NCBI RefSeq assembly: GCF_006345805.1
Contig: NW_021835929.1
Location: 1-37,285 of the forward strand
Source of the DNA: Octopus sinensis
Taxonomy: Eukaryota
Direction: 5' to 3'
DNA: 37,285 nucleotides
The position numbers and the translations under genes are program-made. The notes beneath the pieces are model-generated. The model worked only from the letters and a program-made list of their open reading frames with translations. It was not told the DNA's origin and did not search any database. Every line of letters starts with the position of its first letter. Position 1 is the stretch's first letter. This document shows positions 13,467 through 26,968 of this stretch, piece by piece.

Positions 13467-15540
13467 ATCAGTGTTATCCAAGTGGGCGGTTGTTGTGACA
13501 GAAGACCATTCCTGATTTGGCAGAAGCTTTTCCGTTAAGAGATGCTTGGTCAAATGGAAGGCAATTATTTTTTAGCAGATAACTTTGTTAGTAGCCATTT
13601 GACTTTGATTACTTCGTACGTGGTTTCAGCTTACGTTTGTTGAGTTCGCAGAACTTTACTCTGTTATTAATCTGTATATTTAAAGCTTTTATCTTCTTTA
13701 GTAGACTTCTTTCTTCTCACTATATTTTTTATTTTTTGCAGAGAGCCTTCGTTAACAAATGTTTCTTGTATTGGTAATACTTTGTCTGAACTTTTTGAGA
13801 AAACCAAAGATGCGTTAGCAGTATTCGTTTTGCTAAAAGACATGTTTTGTCAGGAAACCTTCTTAGCAGATCTTGTGTTTTGTGGAAGACTGTTCTATTA
13901 GCCTCTTATTTTGTCTTAGATGACCTTTGCTCTGTTAGCAAAAGGTTTTCCTCAGAAGACATCTTATGTTAGTAGAAATTCTTGTTTTAAAATTCTTCGT
14001 TTCTTTTGCTGAAATTCATTTTGTTTTGACAGACCTTTGCTTTGTTAGCCTTTCTTTTCTTTGTCAGCAGAAATTTGTTCTGTCAGCACATTTTTTTCAG
14101 TTAAAATACATTTGAATCGTAGGTAGCAGATGATTATGCTATTGAAAAGAATTTTTACTGTCAGCACTACGTTTGATGTTGTCAGTTCACTTTTGAAGTC
14201 AATAGTCACTTTCTGTCTCAGAAGAACTTTTTGTGTTAAAAGACATTGCATTTGTTTAGCAGACTTTTGTTATGTCAGAAAACCTTTACTATTTCATAAT
14301 GAATTTTCGTGTCAAGAGTCAATGGATCTTTTAGTAGACATTTGTTTTGTTTCCAGGAGTTCGTTTTGTTTGTAGGTTTTTAGTGAATCCTCTTTTCTGC
14401 ATACCTTTCTTGATCAGGTACAAATTTTCTGAGACACAGTAACTTTTTATGCTTCAATAATTTTTTCATTAGCTGATATTTTCTGTTTCCGCGTCCTTTT
14501 TTTCCTTTTAAAATACCTTCCTCTTTTTCAGTGATCCTTTATTGCGTTAAGAGTCCTTTGCTCTGTAAGCACTACTCTTCTTTTATTATCAGAACTTTGT
14601 TGCGTTAGCAGAATACCTTGGTTAAACAACATTTGTTTCAACAAATATTTCTATTCTTAACAAACCTTCATGTTTTGACAGACTGCTGTGTTATCACCTC
14701 TCTTGCTTTGTTACTGATCTTTGGCGTGTCAGTAGAAGTTTACGCAATAAAAGGCATTTGTTGTGTTGTCAGCATTTTTTGTTTTAAAAGTCTTTCATTT
14801 CTTTAGCTGAAATTAAATTTTTTCTCTGTGAGACATTTGCTCTGTTGTTCCTCTTTTCTTTTGTTAGTAGAAATTTGATGTATTAGTAAATCTTCGTGTG
14901 CTAAAATACAGTCGTTTCCTAAGCAGACGAGTGTTTTATTAGTCAGCCTTTTACTCATAAGACCCTTTTTTTCAGCACACCTTTGTTGACTTAGTAGAAC
15001 TTTACTCCGTTAGAAAAAGTCTTAGCAGTAAAAGACATTTGCTCTGATAGGAATTCCATTGTGCTAGAAGACTTTTATTGCGCTTGTATGTTTATAAATG
15101 AACTATACGTCAGTTTGTGAGTTTCACAGACCTTTGTTCCGTTAGACCCTCCTTTCTCTTTTTGAGCAGACCTTTACTGTGTTTAACGAATGTTTTCTGT
15201 TAAATAATCTATGTTCTGTTAGCCCTTTCTCCATTTCTTCAGAAGTCCCTTGAAGAGTTAGCAGAGGTTCGCTGTATTAGCACAAAATTTTGTGTTGGTT
15301 GAGATTCTTTATAAGTATTTGTATCTTTGGCAGACTTTTACAACATTAGCACCTCCTTACATTTTCTAGAAGGCATTTTGTGTGAGATCTTTTTGTTTTT
15401 AAAACATCTATGTTAGCAAACTTTTGCAGTGCAAGATGAATTTTTGTTCTTTCATTTGGTTATCAGACCATTTTTGTTTTAGCAGAACATTTTCGTTAAA
15501 CATTTTTCAGTAGCTAGGCTAGGCTCCTGATTTTTTGGGA

Positions 15541-15783
15541 GGCGTAGTGTCCTTGAGCAAGACACTTTATTTCACGTTGTTCCGATCCACTCAGCTGGCA
15601 AATATAAGTGGTACCTGTAATTCACAAGGACCAGCCTTGTTACATTCCGTTTCACGCTGAACCTCCCTGACAAATACGTTAAGAGTTACACGCAAGTCTG
15701 CGGAGTGCTTAGCCACTTGCGCGTAAATTTCCTGAGCAGGCTGTTCTGTTGATCGGATCAGCCAAAACTCTCGACGGAGTCCC
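15541..15783 (+). mobile_element. Headless SINE: family C central domain plus the same tail as 16999-17353
   Basis: GTGTCCTTGAGCAAGACACTTTATTTCACGTTG is shared with 13292-13466. CCAGCCTTGT.ACATTC...GCTGTTC.GTTGATCGGA...CGACGGAGT is shared with ~17190-17350. Confidence 0.75.
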
Positions 15784-15907
15784 AGACTATTGTAAAATCA
15801 TTAGGAACAGCAGCACCACTAACGCCACCATTATTAACAATGCCAAAAACATTAACACTATAAAAGCCAAATACCAGGCTTTTTGCGAATAGTAGAGAAG
15901 TTTGTTA

Positions 15908-16773
15908 GAGAAGTCTGATCAATAAGCATCCGGGCTGTTGCCATAGGAACCAAGCTAAAGCACACAGAGTGAAGCGGCTTGGCAAAGATTGACCTGAACT
16001 CTGCTGTGCATGCGCAGTAAGTTTTAACGTTCTAGCGCACCTCCGCTGTTTACAGCAGTGCTACGAAGGAACGTGTGTAGCGTGTGATCGTCGCATTGAC
16101 CATGACAGAGGAAATTGTCATGGCGATACCTGCTCAGTGACCTACGCAAAGTTGCAGAAAGAGTATGGAGAGGGGTGTATAAGATGCACACCAAGCGAAT
16201 CAGTAGTTCAGACGTTTCCAAGAGGGACAAAAATGTCGATATTGACGAACCTTCTTGGAGACCCGTAACCAGCAAAACTGAGAAAAACATCGCAGGCGTG
16301 CGTAGAGCAGTGAGGGGAAATCGTCGAATTACCATGCGTGCATATTAATTACGGTTCAGTTCAGTCCATTATCACTGAAGATTTGGGTATGAGACGCGTG
16401 TCTGACAAGTCTGTGCCAAAAGCGGTTTCACCCGACCAAGAAGACACTCGGGTTTCATTTGCGCAAGATCTTGATTGAGTCGAGAACGATGAAAACTTTT
16501 TGATAAAGGCCTATGAGCAGGTATCGCCAAGCTTTTGGTAAAATTTGATTCAAATTCTCTGCTCAACTTTCTCTGTCGTGGTCAATGCGCCGATAACACG
16601 CTACACACGTTCCTTCCAAGCACTGCTGTAAATAGAGGAAGTGAGCTAGAACGTTAAAACTTAGTGTGCATACACAGCAGAGTTGAAGGACAATCTTTGC
16701 CGAGCGGCTCTAGTCTTCGTGCTTTAACTTCATTACTACAGCAACAGTCCGGATACTTATTGATCAGACCACG
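15908..16773 (+). mobile_element. Non-autonomous mariner derivative with long (~230-260 bp) inverted arms and a transposase N-terminal remnant
   Basis: Ends GTCTGATCAATAAGCATCCGGGCTGTTG / CAACAGTCCGGATACTTATTGATCAGAC, with TA at 15906-07 and 16774-75. The interior translates to DEPSWRPVTSKTEKNIAGVRRAVRGNRRITMR and ITEDLGMRRVSDKSVPK, matching mariner HTH and WVP-linker motifs. Confidence 0.85.
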
Positions 16774-16998
16774 TACAGTCTCTATTGCAATTAAATATAG
16801 GGATGGGTTGATGGTGATCTTTGTCAGTTCTATGTTGCTGGTGATGGTTATTATTTCTAGGTGTGGCTCTGTAATGGTTTAAACACAGGTCAATTGACGC
16901 AGGTTCTGGTGACAAGCAATCCAATCGTAACCACCTCGTATTTTGTTTTGAAGTATCTTAGACTACGATATATAAACGTGTCGTATACTTTATAGAGT

Positions 16999-17353
16999 GG
17001 AGGCGCAATGGCCCAGTGGTTAGGGCAGCGGACTCGCTGTCGTGGGCGTCGAGAGTGTTTATTGAGCGAAAACACTTAAGGCTCCACGTGGCTCCGACAG
17101 AGGGTTGTGGGGAACCCTGCTGTACTCTTTCATCCCAGGTTTTTCTCACTATTTCTTCCTGTTTCTCTTGTATCTGTATTTCAAAGGGGCCAGCCTTGTC
17201 ACATTCTGTGTAACGCTGAATCTCCCCCGAGAACTACGTTAAGATTACACGTGTCTGTGGAGTGCTCAGCCCCTTGCACGTTAATTTCACGAGCCGGCTG
17301 TTCCGTTGATCGGAGCAACTGAAACCATCGTGGTCGTAACCGACGGAGTGCCA
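16999..17353 (+). mobile_element. tRNA-derived SINE (family D) with candidate 9 bp target-site duplication
   Basis: Head GGAGGCGCAATGGCCCAGTGGTTAGG (A box) and tail shared with 15541-15783. CTTTATAGA flanks it at 16988-16996 and 17362-17370. Confidence 0.78.
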
Positions 17354-17582
17354 CTTCGATGCTTTATAGAAGTAGTAGTATTATAGAAAATCCCTGCTGT
17401 TTGTTGCAAGAGGTTCTTTTCTCTATGTTGTGGCTGTTTAAGTTCAGTTCAGCTTTGATCCAGCAGATTCGGTATAAAAAAACAAATCCATCTGTGACGA
17501 ACCTTTATTTTCTTAATATGTAAAGTCCAACTACATTCTCTCGGGAATCCTGTCTATACGTGGTAAAGTGTTGTTGGTGTTG

Positions 17583-17825
17583 TCTTCTTCTTCTTCTTCT
17601 TCTTCTTCTTCTTCTTCTTCTTCTTCTTCTTCTTCTTCTTCTTCCTCCTCCTCCTCCTTTTATTGTTGTTGTTGCTATTCTTCTTCTTCTTACCTCTCTA
17701 AGCCAATATACAAATACTGTATGTACAATGCTTATACTTAGATGCCTACATATACACACACATACATACATACATACAAACATAATACATACATACATAC
17801 ATACATACATACATACATACATACA

Positions 17826-17856
<31 letters not shown>

Positions 17857-17954
17857 GTACATAGATATTCATATATGTATATGTACACAGACATGCGTCT
17901 GTATACACACAGACACACATACACACACACACATACACACACACACACATACAC

Positions 17955-17985
<31 letters not shown>

Positions 17986-18586
17986 TTCATATACACACTC
18001 ACACAAACGCGCACACAAGAATATTCCCTAAATTGAGTGATTGGGTCTTTAACACTGAGAAAGAAAGAGAGGATCGAGAAGAACATAGAGAGAGAGAGCG
18101 GGAGGAAGCGTGCAAGAGAAAGAGAAAGAGAGAGAGAGAGGAGAGATGAGTCAGACGCAAGGCAGTGTACCATTCTTCTTTTGGCCAAAACGGCCACCTG
18201 TCTGCCAGGAATGTCCTTCCCTCTTCGCTCAGACCCTTCCCTCCTCACTATTACATCTGATCCTCCTCTTGACACCCGCGAACCCCCACCCCACTGCCAC
18301 CCCTGTCCTCGGACAAACTCACGTGATGTCACTCCAATGGCATGGCTGCACGCCTAGACACACTTCCGCGGCTCCTACATTCACTCACATACATACATAT
18401 ACACATATATACATATATACATATATACATACATACATACATAAACATGTATACAAACACTCATACACACACACATACGTCTTCTTATACACAAGCATAC
18501 GCATGCATTCATAGAGACATACATTAGTTGTTATACACACATGTATATACACAGTACAGCATCGTATACACACTGACACAGTGATG

Positions 18587-18620
<34 letters not shown>

Positions 18621-18868
18621 ATTGTGAAAAACGTATATAAACATACGTGTGCACACAGTCACACACATATTCATATATATAAAATAAGGACATATACACA
18701 CGTACACACATACACACGCATTTACTTACACGCATTCACATAGATAAACCCAACACACACACACAACACGTATTCAAGTTTCTAGTTAAACACATCAGAC
18801 ACACAAACACAAACCTAAACACACATAAACACATTATACTCAATCCGCGCGCAACCACACACACACAC

Positions 18869-18904
<36 letters not shown>

Positions 18905-20200
18905 ACACACACATACACAAACACACACACACACAAGTGAGCATGCACATAAGCACGCAGCTTCCCTTTCCTACTTTATAGCCATCAACTTCTCCCTCAC
19001 CCTTCCCCCAGCTTTCTCACCACCCTCTCTCTCTTTCTCTCATTCTCTGCCTTTCTCTCTTCCTATACTTTGTCTCTATCCCCAACTCTCTCTCTCTCTC
19101 TCTCCTTCCTCTCTCTAATTTCCATCCTGCTCAAAACCCTTCTCTCCACACTTCTCTGGAAACCATTTACAGATAATGGCAGTTGACACCCTGTTCCAGC
19201 CCCCACCACTACCACCACAACAACCACCACCACCACCACCACCACCACCACCACCACCAACACCAACACCACCACCATCACCAATGCACATAGCAACTAT
19301 CCCGCCACCGCCACCGCCACCACTACCATCACTGCCACTAGATTGGTTAACCACCGCCACCAGCACTCCCTTCATCACAATGGAATCCGCCACCTGCACT
19401 AACAACACCAGAACCATTACTATCAGAAGCTCCCGCCACCACCACCACCACCGACGCTATGATCACCCTCAACCCACCCCCACCTAACTAGTTATCCTAT
19501 CAGCAACACTATGATTGCTATTAGCGTTACCACTAAAACCATCATCTCCACCCCATCACTGCCGCCACCACGGACAGCGAACATCATCATCATTATCATC
19601 ATCATTATCCTCATCATCATCATCGTCATCATCATCTTCATCCTCATCGCCGTTGTCATCATCATGGTCATCATCATCATCTTCATCGTCATCATCATCA
19701 TCTTCATCCTCATCGCCGTTGTCATCATCATCATCATCATCGTCATCATCGTCGTCATCATCGTAATCATCATCATCATCATCATCATCGTCATCATCAT
19801 TATCATCATCATCATCATCGTCGCCATCATCATCATCATGATCTTCATCTTCATCGCCGTTGTCACCATCGTCATCATCGTCATCATTATCATCATTGTC
19901 GTCGTCGTTGTCGTCGTCATCATCATCATCATCATTCGTTGAAATCTCAACTTTCTGTGCACCCGGAACATACTTCCTGCTCTGCTCAACACATCACGTG
20001 TTCCAAGCGACACCAAGCCATTTGCACTCTGCTACTTCCGGCCCCTTCCCAGTATTTTCATCATCAAAATGACCATTTAAACACCTCCACCACCGCGACC
20101 GCCACCATCATCACCACCACCACCACCGCCACCACCACCACCACCGCCACCACCACCACCACCACCGTCATCACCATTACCACCGCCATCACCATTAACA
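17583..20200. repeat. Compound microsatellite block: (CTT)n, (CATA)n, (CA)n, (TC)n, (CAC)n, long (CAT)n 19583-19935
   Basis: Directly visible. The poly-Ile/Met/Ser/Pro ORFs are its translations. Confidence 0.9.
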
Positions 20201-20750
20201 ACCGCACCCACTCCAGGACCTATTTCCTCCATTTTGCATTGTATATCCGTTTCATTAAATCGCCATTTTTTCGTTTTTAGAATTCTTCACATCTGTCGCC
20301 ATTTTCTGTCATGGCTGACATCAAGTCAAAATATCCTCACAGAAAATCCTGTATCATGTCAAACATTGTGATGTTGTTGTAAGTGTGTGTCTGCACGCGT
20401 GTGTGTATGTGTGTGTGGTGCATAGGTGTATGTTCATGCATACACACACGTAGACATATATACATACATAGTCTTCCTTTCCTTCATTCCTTCCTTCCTT
20501 CTTTCTTTCTTTCCTTTTTTCTTTCTGTCTATCTGTCTGTCTATCTCTATTTATAAGTTATTTGGGTAGCAATTACAAATGCATACCAACAAGGAGAACT
20601 ATAACAGTTATTCAATATGACCGAGGATGTTATGAACACCGACATTGCTAGCTCTTATTTCTAGCAAAGTGGGAGTTTATGACACTTTCAATCATATATA
20701 TACATACATATATGTATGGATATATATGTACATATATAAATATATATATA

Positions 20751-20837
<87 letters not shown>

Positions 20838-20876
20838 CATATTTATACATACATATATGTATGGATATATATGTAC

Positions 20877-20918
<42 letters not shown>

Positions 20919-20946
20919 CTAGCTGACGTACCTGGTATTTCTCGGG
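20919..20946 (-). mobile_element. Helitron 3' terminus remnant
   Basis: CTAG at 20919-20922 next to a (TA)n tract, with a degenerate hairpin CCTGGTATTTCTCGGG at the same spacing as in 21368-21395. Confidence 0.5.
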
Positions 20947-20987
20947 AAATCGGTGCTTATCCCTTGGTTCCCGTTCTCATAATAAAA

Positions 20988-21237
20988 AAAAACATTTACC
21001 ATCTATTTCCTGGACCATGGTTTCAGACATTTGTTAGCAAATAAAATAATTTCCCAGGCGATGTTTTCGTCAACAGGTACGTCAATATGTATAAGCAAGA
21101 GGCACATGCTGGATTGGCCTCGTCCTTATATGCTTAATCTTGGTATACCTGTTGACGAAGACTTCGCATGGCAAATTATTTGCTTGCTAAAAAAAAGTCA
21201 GAAACCATGGTCCAGGAAATAGATGGTAAATGTTTTT
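20988..21237. mobile_element. MITE-like fold-back (~250 bp)
   Basis: 37 bp perfect outer inverted arms (AAAAACATTTACCATCTATTTCCTGGACCATGGTTTC). Imperfect pairing continues inward (TTCGTCAACAGGTA / TACCTGTTGACGAA). Confidence 0.75.
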
Positions 21238-21367
21238 ATCTTTCATTCCCTTCGAGATTTTATCCCTAATTAGTGGTTTGGACTTTAGCTGTTTCTTCTA
21301 GCGTAAAGGAGTCCTATGATGGATACCTCTTAATGTGATTAAATGTACACTGTATTATATATATATA

Positions 21368-21764
21368 CTAGCAGTATCGCCCGGCGTTGCTCGGGTTTGT
21401 AAGGGAAATAACTATATAAGCATTTTTAGAGAGTTATAGCCAAAAAATAGCAAAAAAATGCATTAAAAATGGAAAAAAATGATGGTAAATTTTTTTTTAA
21501 ATCGTTGACTCATCGTAGAAATTTTTAGAGAGTTACTTCCCTTTTTTTAATAACGAAAAATGCATTAAAATGGAAAAAAATGATGGTAATTATTTTAAAA
21601 AATCGTAGACCCATCGTAGACGCGCGCTAATATCCAGAAGGGCTCGATATGAATCACGACTATAAGATACCCGGTTTTGGTTAAACTGCACCGCAAAATG
21701 TGGGAGTAGTTAGGAATCTAAATCGTAGGAGACCGACACACAACATGACTTTTATATATAAAGA
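21368..21764 (-). mobile_element. Complete non-autonomous Helitron
   Basis: The minus strand starts with TC (TCTTTATATATAAAAG) and ends with hairpin CCCGAGCAACGCCGGG (21380-21395) + CTAG, inserted at A|T within (TA)n. Internal ~110 bp tandem duplication. Confidence 0.85.
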
Positions 21765-22282
21765 TATATATATATAATATAAATATATATATATGTGTGT
21801 GTGTGTGTATGTATATATGGAACACCGGATGCGATGTAATTGACTTACCTTATTTCTCGCAATTGCTGGCTTTGTTCCAAGTTTTGTAATCAATATAACA
21901 GAAAATATCCAGGTCTTGCTTAAATTTGTTACTTGTACTAACACTAACCATACTAGATTAGAAATTTAAATTACCAATGACAGATAATCTAGAAATACAG
22001 TATAAGACATCAGTAATCAATAAGAAAGCGACTTAGATTTTGTTGAGCGGGAATACCTTAAGGTGGAACCAACTGGAATAAATATGGAAGCATATGCCTG
22101 CAATAATGTAGGTTAATATTGTATACAAAGCAGCCTGGAAAAGTCGTCTGAGGAAAATAGATTTCAATTCTTTTTTTCCCCTTTCATGTCTATGGAATAG
22201 TCTACATATGAAGTATTTATAGATTTTAGAACAATTTTCAGCCAATAAACAAAAAAGCCATCTAAGAAAGATGCACTTTTCT

Positions 22283-22472
22283 ACTAGGGGACGCTGAAAA
22301 CTTCCCAGTTTTGGGTAAATGAAAATACAGGAGGATCAATTAATTATGATTTTATTCAACATATTCCCTTCTCAAATTTACAGACTTATTGCAGTGGTCT
22401 TTCAGTTTTTCTAAGCCCTGTAAAAGACCACGGAAGGTTGGGGTTCCAACCAGGCCTTTCACGACACCTTTA
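22283..22472 (-). mobile_element. Mariner transposase 3' end remnant with terminal repeat
   Basis: The minus strand translates to QGLEKLKDHCNKSVNLRREYVE* (stop 22352-22354), matching the mariner C-terminus G...L..R..KCV...G.YVE. A mariner-like end TA-CTAGGGGACGCTGAAAA follows. Confidence 0.7.
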
Positions 22473-23069
22473 AATATATATATAAAACGTCAGCTTCAAT
22501 AAATAAATTAGAAAAAAACCCCAAAACAATCAAACAGAAGCTTAGTATTTACCAGTGGAGAATGTGTGAGTAAAAAAAGATTAAGTCTTTTATAAATGAT
22601 AGGTTGAATATGAAGAGAAATAAGCAGAGAGAGAGGAGGAGGAGGAGGAGGAGGAGGGGGAGGGGAGGAGAAAGGAATGAATTCTGGTGGTTAGAGAATT
22701 AATAGGATAAGAAGTTCCAGGGACAGCCGAGAGCCAGAGAAGGTAAAAAAGGGTCTGTTGCTTGGAAAGGATTTAAAAGTCAATAATATACAGGATGTGT
22801 ACTGGTGAAATGTCGCTTGTGCCTGACCATATTTTGTTCATTCTTCAATTATTCCGCCATCTGCTCAGCGCATATCGTTGTGCATCTAACTGTATATCAA
22901 CAAGAAATGCTGCAATATTGCAGAACAATTAGTTTCCAATTGTAATCTCTGATTATATTTATGGAATAAGCTTAATATTAATGATAATTTTACCATTCTT
23001 TGTTGGTGAGGGAGCAATGGTTATCTAACGCAAAGAATATTCGTGTTCTCTGCGCAACTCCGACACACA

Positions 23070-23086
23070 AAGATGGCGGCGGAAGT
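23070..23086. promoter_or_regulatory. Overlapping YY1-type (AAGATGGCGGC) and ETS-type (GCGGAAGT) motifs, possible promoter or first-exon signature
   Basis: AAGATGGCGGCGGAAGT lies in a small CpG-containing unique island. Motif match only. Confidence 0.35.
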
Positions 23087-23323
23087 CAACATTGACAACG
23101 ACGCAAATGGGATTGTATTTAGGGTTTTTCCTGCAATTTGGCGAAACAGGACATTGTTTCTCTCTCTCTCTTTCGCTCACACAAACAAATACACATACAC
23201 ACTCACATTCATACAAACACACACACGCGCACATACACACTCGCATTCATACATACACACACACACACACATACACATACCCACACCGCACACACGCACA
23301 TCATATTATTTTATTCTGTATTG

Positions 23324-23792
23324 TTTTATTTGTTTCAGTCATTTGCCTGCGGCCTTGCTGGAGTACCGCCTTTAGTCGAACGAATCGACCCCGGGACGTA
23401 TTTCTTTGTTGTAAGCCTAGTACTTATTCTATCGGTCTCTTTTGCAGATCCGCTAAGTTACGGGGGTGTAAACACCAACGTCGGTTGTCAGGCAGAGACA
23501 CGCAAATAAACACACACATGCACACACACACACACACACACACACACAACACACACACACACACACACACACATACACACACAAATACACACACGCACAC
23601 AGACACATGCACACACACAGACACACACATACACACACATATAAATATAAACGACGGGGTTCTTTCAGTTTCCGTCTACCAAATCCACTCACAAGGTTTT
23701 GGTCGGCCCTAGGCTATAATAGCCTCAGTGGGACTGAACCTGGAACCATGAAGTTGGAAAGCAAGCTTCTTACCACACATCCATTCCTGCGG
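23324..23792 (-). mobile_element. SINE family A, near full length
   Basis: Head GTGTGGTAAGAAGCTTGCTTTCC...GGTTCAGTCCCAC, internal (GT)n, conserved tail. Confidence 0.88.
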
Positions 23793-24000
23793 CTATTATA
23801 GGATTTTTCAAACATCGAATGGCTATAAGGGTCCAGCTGAATAATATAGGAATGAAAGGAGTCCACGAGCAAGAAATGGTTGAGAACCGTAGAATTATAT
23901 ATGTGTAATTATAGAACGTACATCATACTCGTTCCGGTTCTAATCCTTTTGTTAGCCTCTTTGGCAAATGGCATTTTACAGGCTCAGAACTAGTTATATT

Positions 24001-24345
24001 CTTTTGTACTCTAGGCCCAAGGCCCGAAATTTTTGGGGAGGGGGCCAGTCGATTAGACCGACCCCAGTACACAACTGGTACTTAATTTATCGACCCCGAA
24101 AAGATGATACCTACTTCTTTACTACCCACAATTGAGTAAACACAGAGGGGACAAACAAGGACAGACAAAGGGATTAAGTCGATTACATCGACCCCAGTGC
24201 GTAACTGGTAATTATTTAATCGACCCCGAAAGGATGAAAAGCAAAGTCGACCTTGGCGGAATTTGAATTCAGAACGTAGCGGCAGACGAAATACCGGCAA
24301 GCATTTCGCCCGGAATGCTAACTTTTCTGCCAGCTCACCGCCTCT
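24001..24345 (-). mobile_element. SINE family B: full copy (24107-24345) followed by a second partial copy with a different tail (24001-24106)
   Basis: Head GGCGGTGAGCTGGCAGAA and B-box-like GAATTCAAATTCC. The core CATC.TTTCGGGGTCGAT..A...TACCAGTT...CTGGGGTCG occurs twice. Confidence 0.82.
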
Positions 24346-24512
24346 CAGCACGAGCTGTATCGTGAGGTAGATGTGTAAAAGGTCTGCATTGTTGACTGCA
24401 CTTGTATTTCAACACAGTACAGTCATGTCATATTTTGTCGCTGTAATTCTGTCTCAGACTTACATTAACGATACATGTAGGCAGTTCACCCAAATACACA
24501 AGTCCAAATATT

Positions 24513-24602
24513 TTTGAGAGATATTTTGACCCGAAAAAAAGCTTTGAGAGATATTTGGACCCGAAAAACAACTTTGAGCGATATTTGGACCCCACAAAAG
24601 GC
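24513..24602. repeat. 30 bp tandem repeat, 3 copies (TTTGAGAGATATTTGGACCCGAAAAA...)
   Basis: Units start at 24513, 24543 and 24573. Confidence 0.9.
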
Positions 24603-24909
24603 TTTTCACAACAGTTTGTCGTGGAGCGAAAAAAATCTCGCTTGAAACTAATTAAGAACGTTTCGAACACTTCGCTCTCACCAGTATCAGATACAAGAGA
24701 GGTAACTCTGGACTGACGGGGGATGCTTCACAGCCAATGAAAACTATTGACTGATGGCACAATTCTAGGAAACATAACGGTGGAATATTTTCATCATGGT
24801 GAGACATGCCACATGGAAAGAGCCTAGGCTGTGGCTTGGAATCGAAACTAGAAGCTGTTTCTCCCCATTTCGGGAAATGTAATATATTTATGAAACTATA
24901 CTTATAGTC

Positions 24910-26968
<2,059 letters not shown>

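Larger units (their letters stand above)
11580..15510. repeat. Highly degenerate T-rich satellite, unit ~19-21 bp, consensus-like TTAGCAGACATTTGCTCTG
   Basis: Recurrent TTAGCAGA and GAC(A/C)TTTGCT(C/T)TGTTAGC motifs, e.g. near 12395, 12494, 12786, 13922, 14032, 14831, 15033. Confidence 0.7.

Noticed and set aside
19492-20016. Met-rich or Ile-rich protein (e.g. reflectin-like)
   Set aside because: Pure (CAT)n microsatellite translation, with no reflectin motif or Tyr/Arg/Trp content.
22790-22900. hAT/Buster BED-finger remnant (minus strand ...ICAEQMA...KRHFTSTHP)
   Set aside because: Too short and interrupted by stops to support without a database search.
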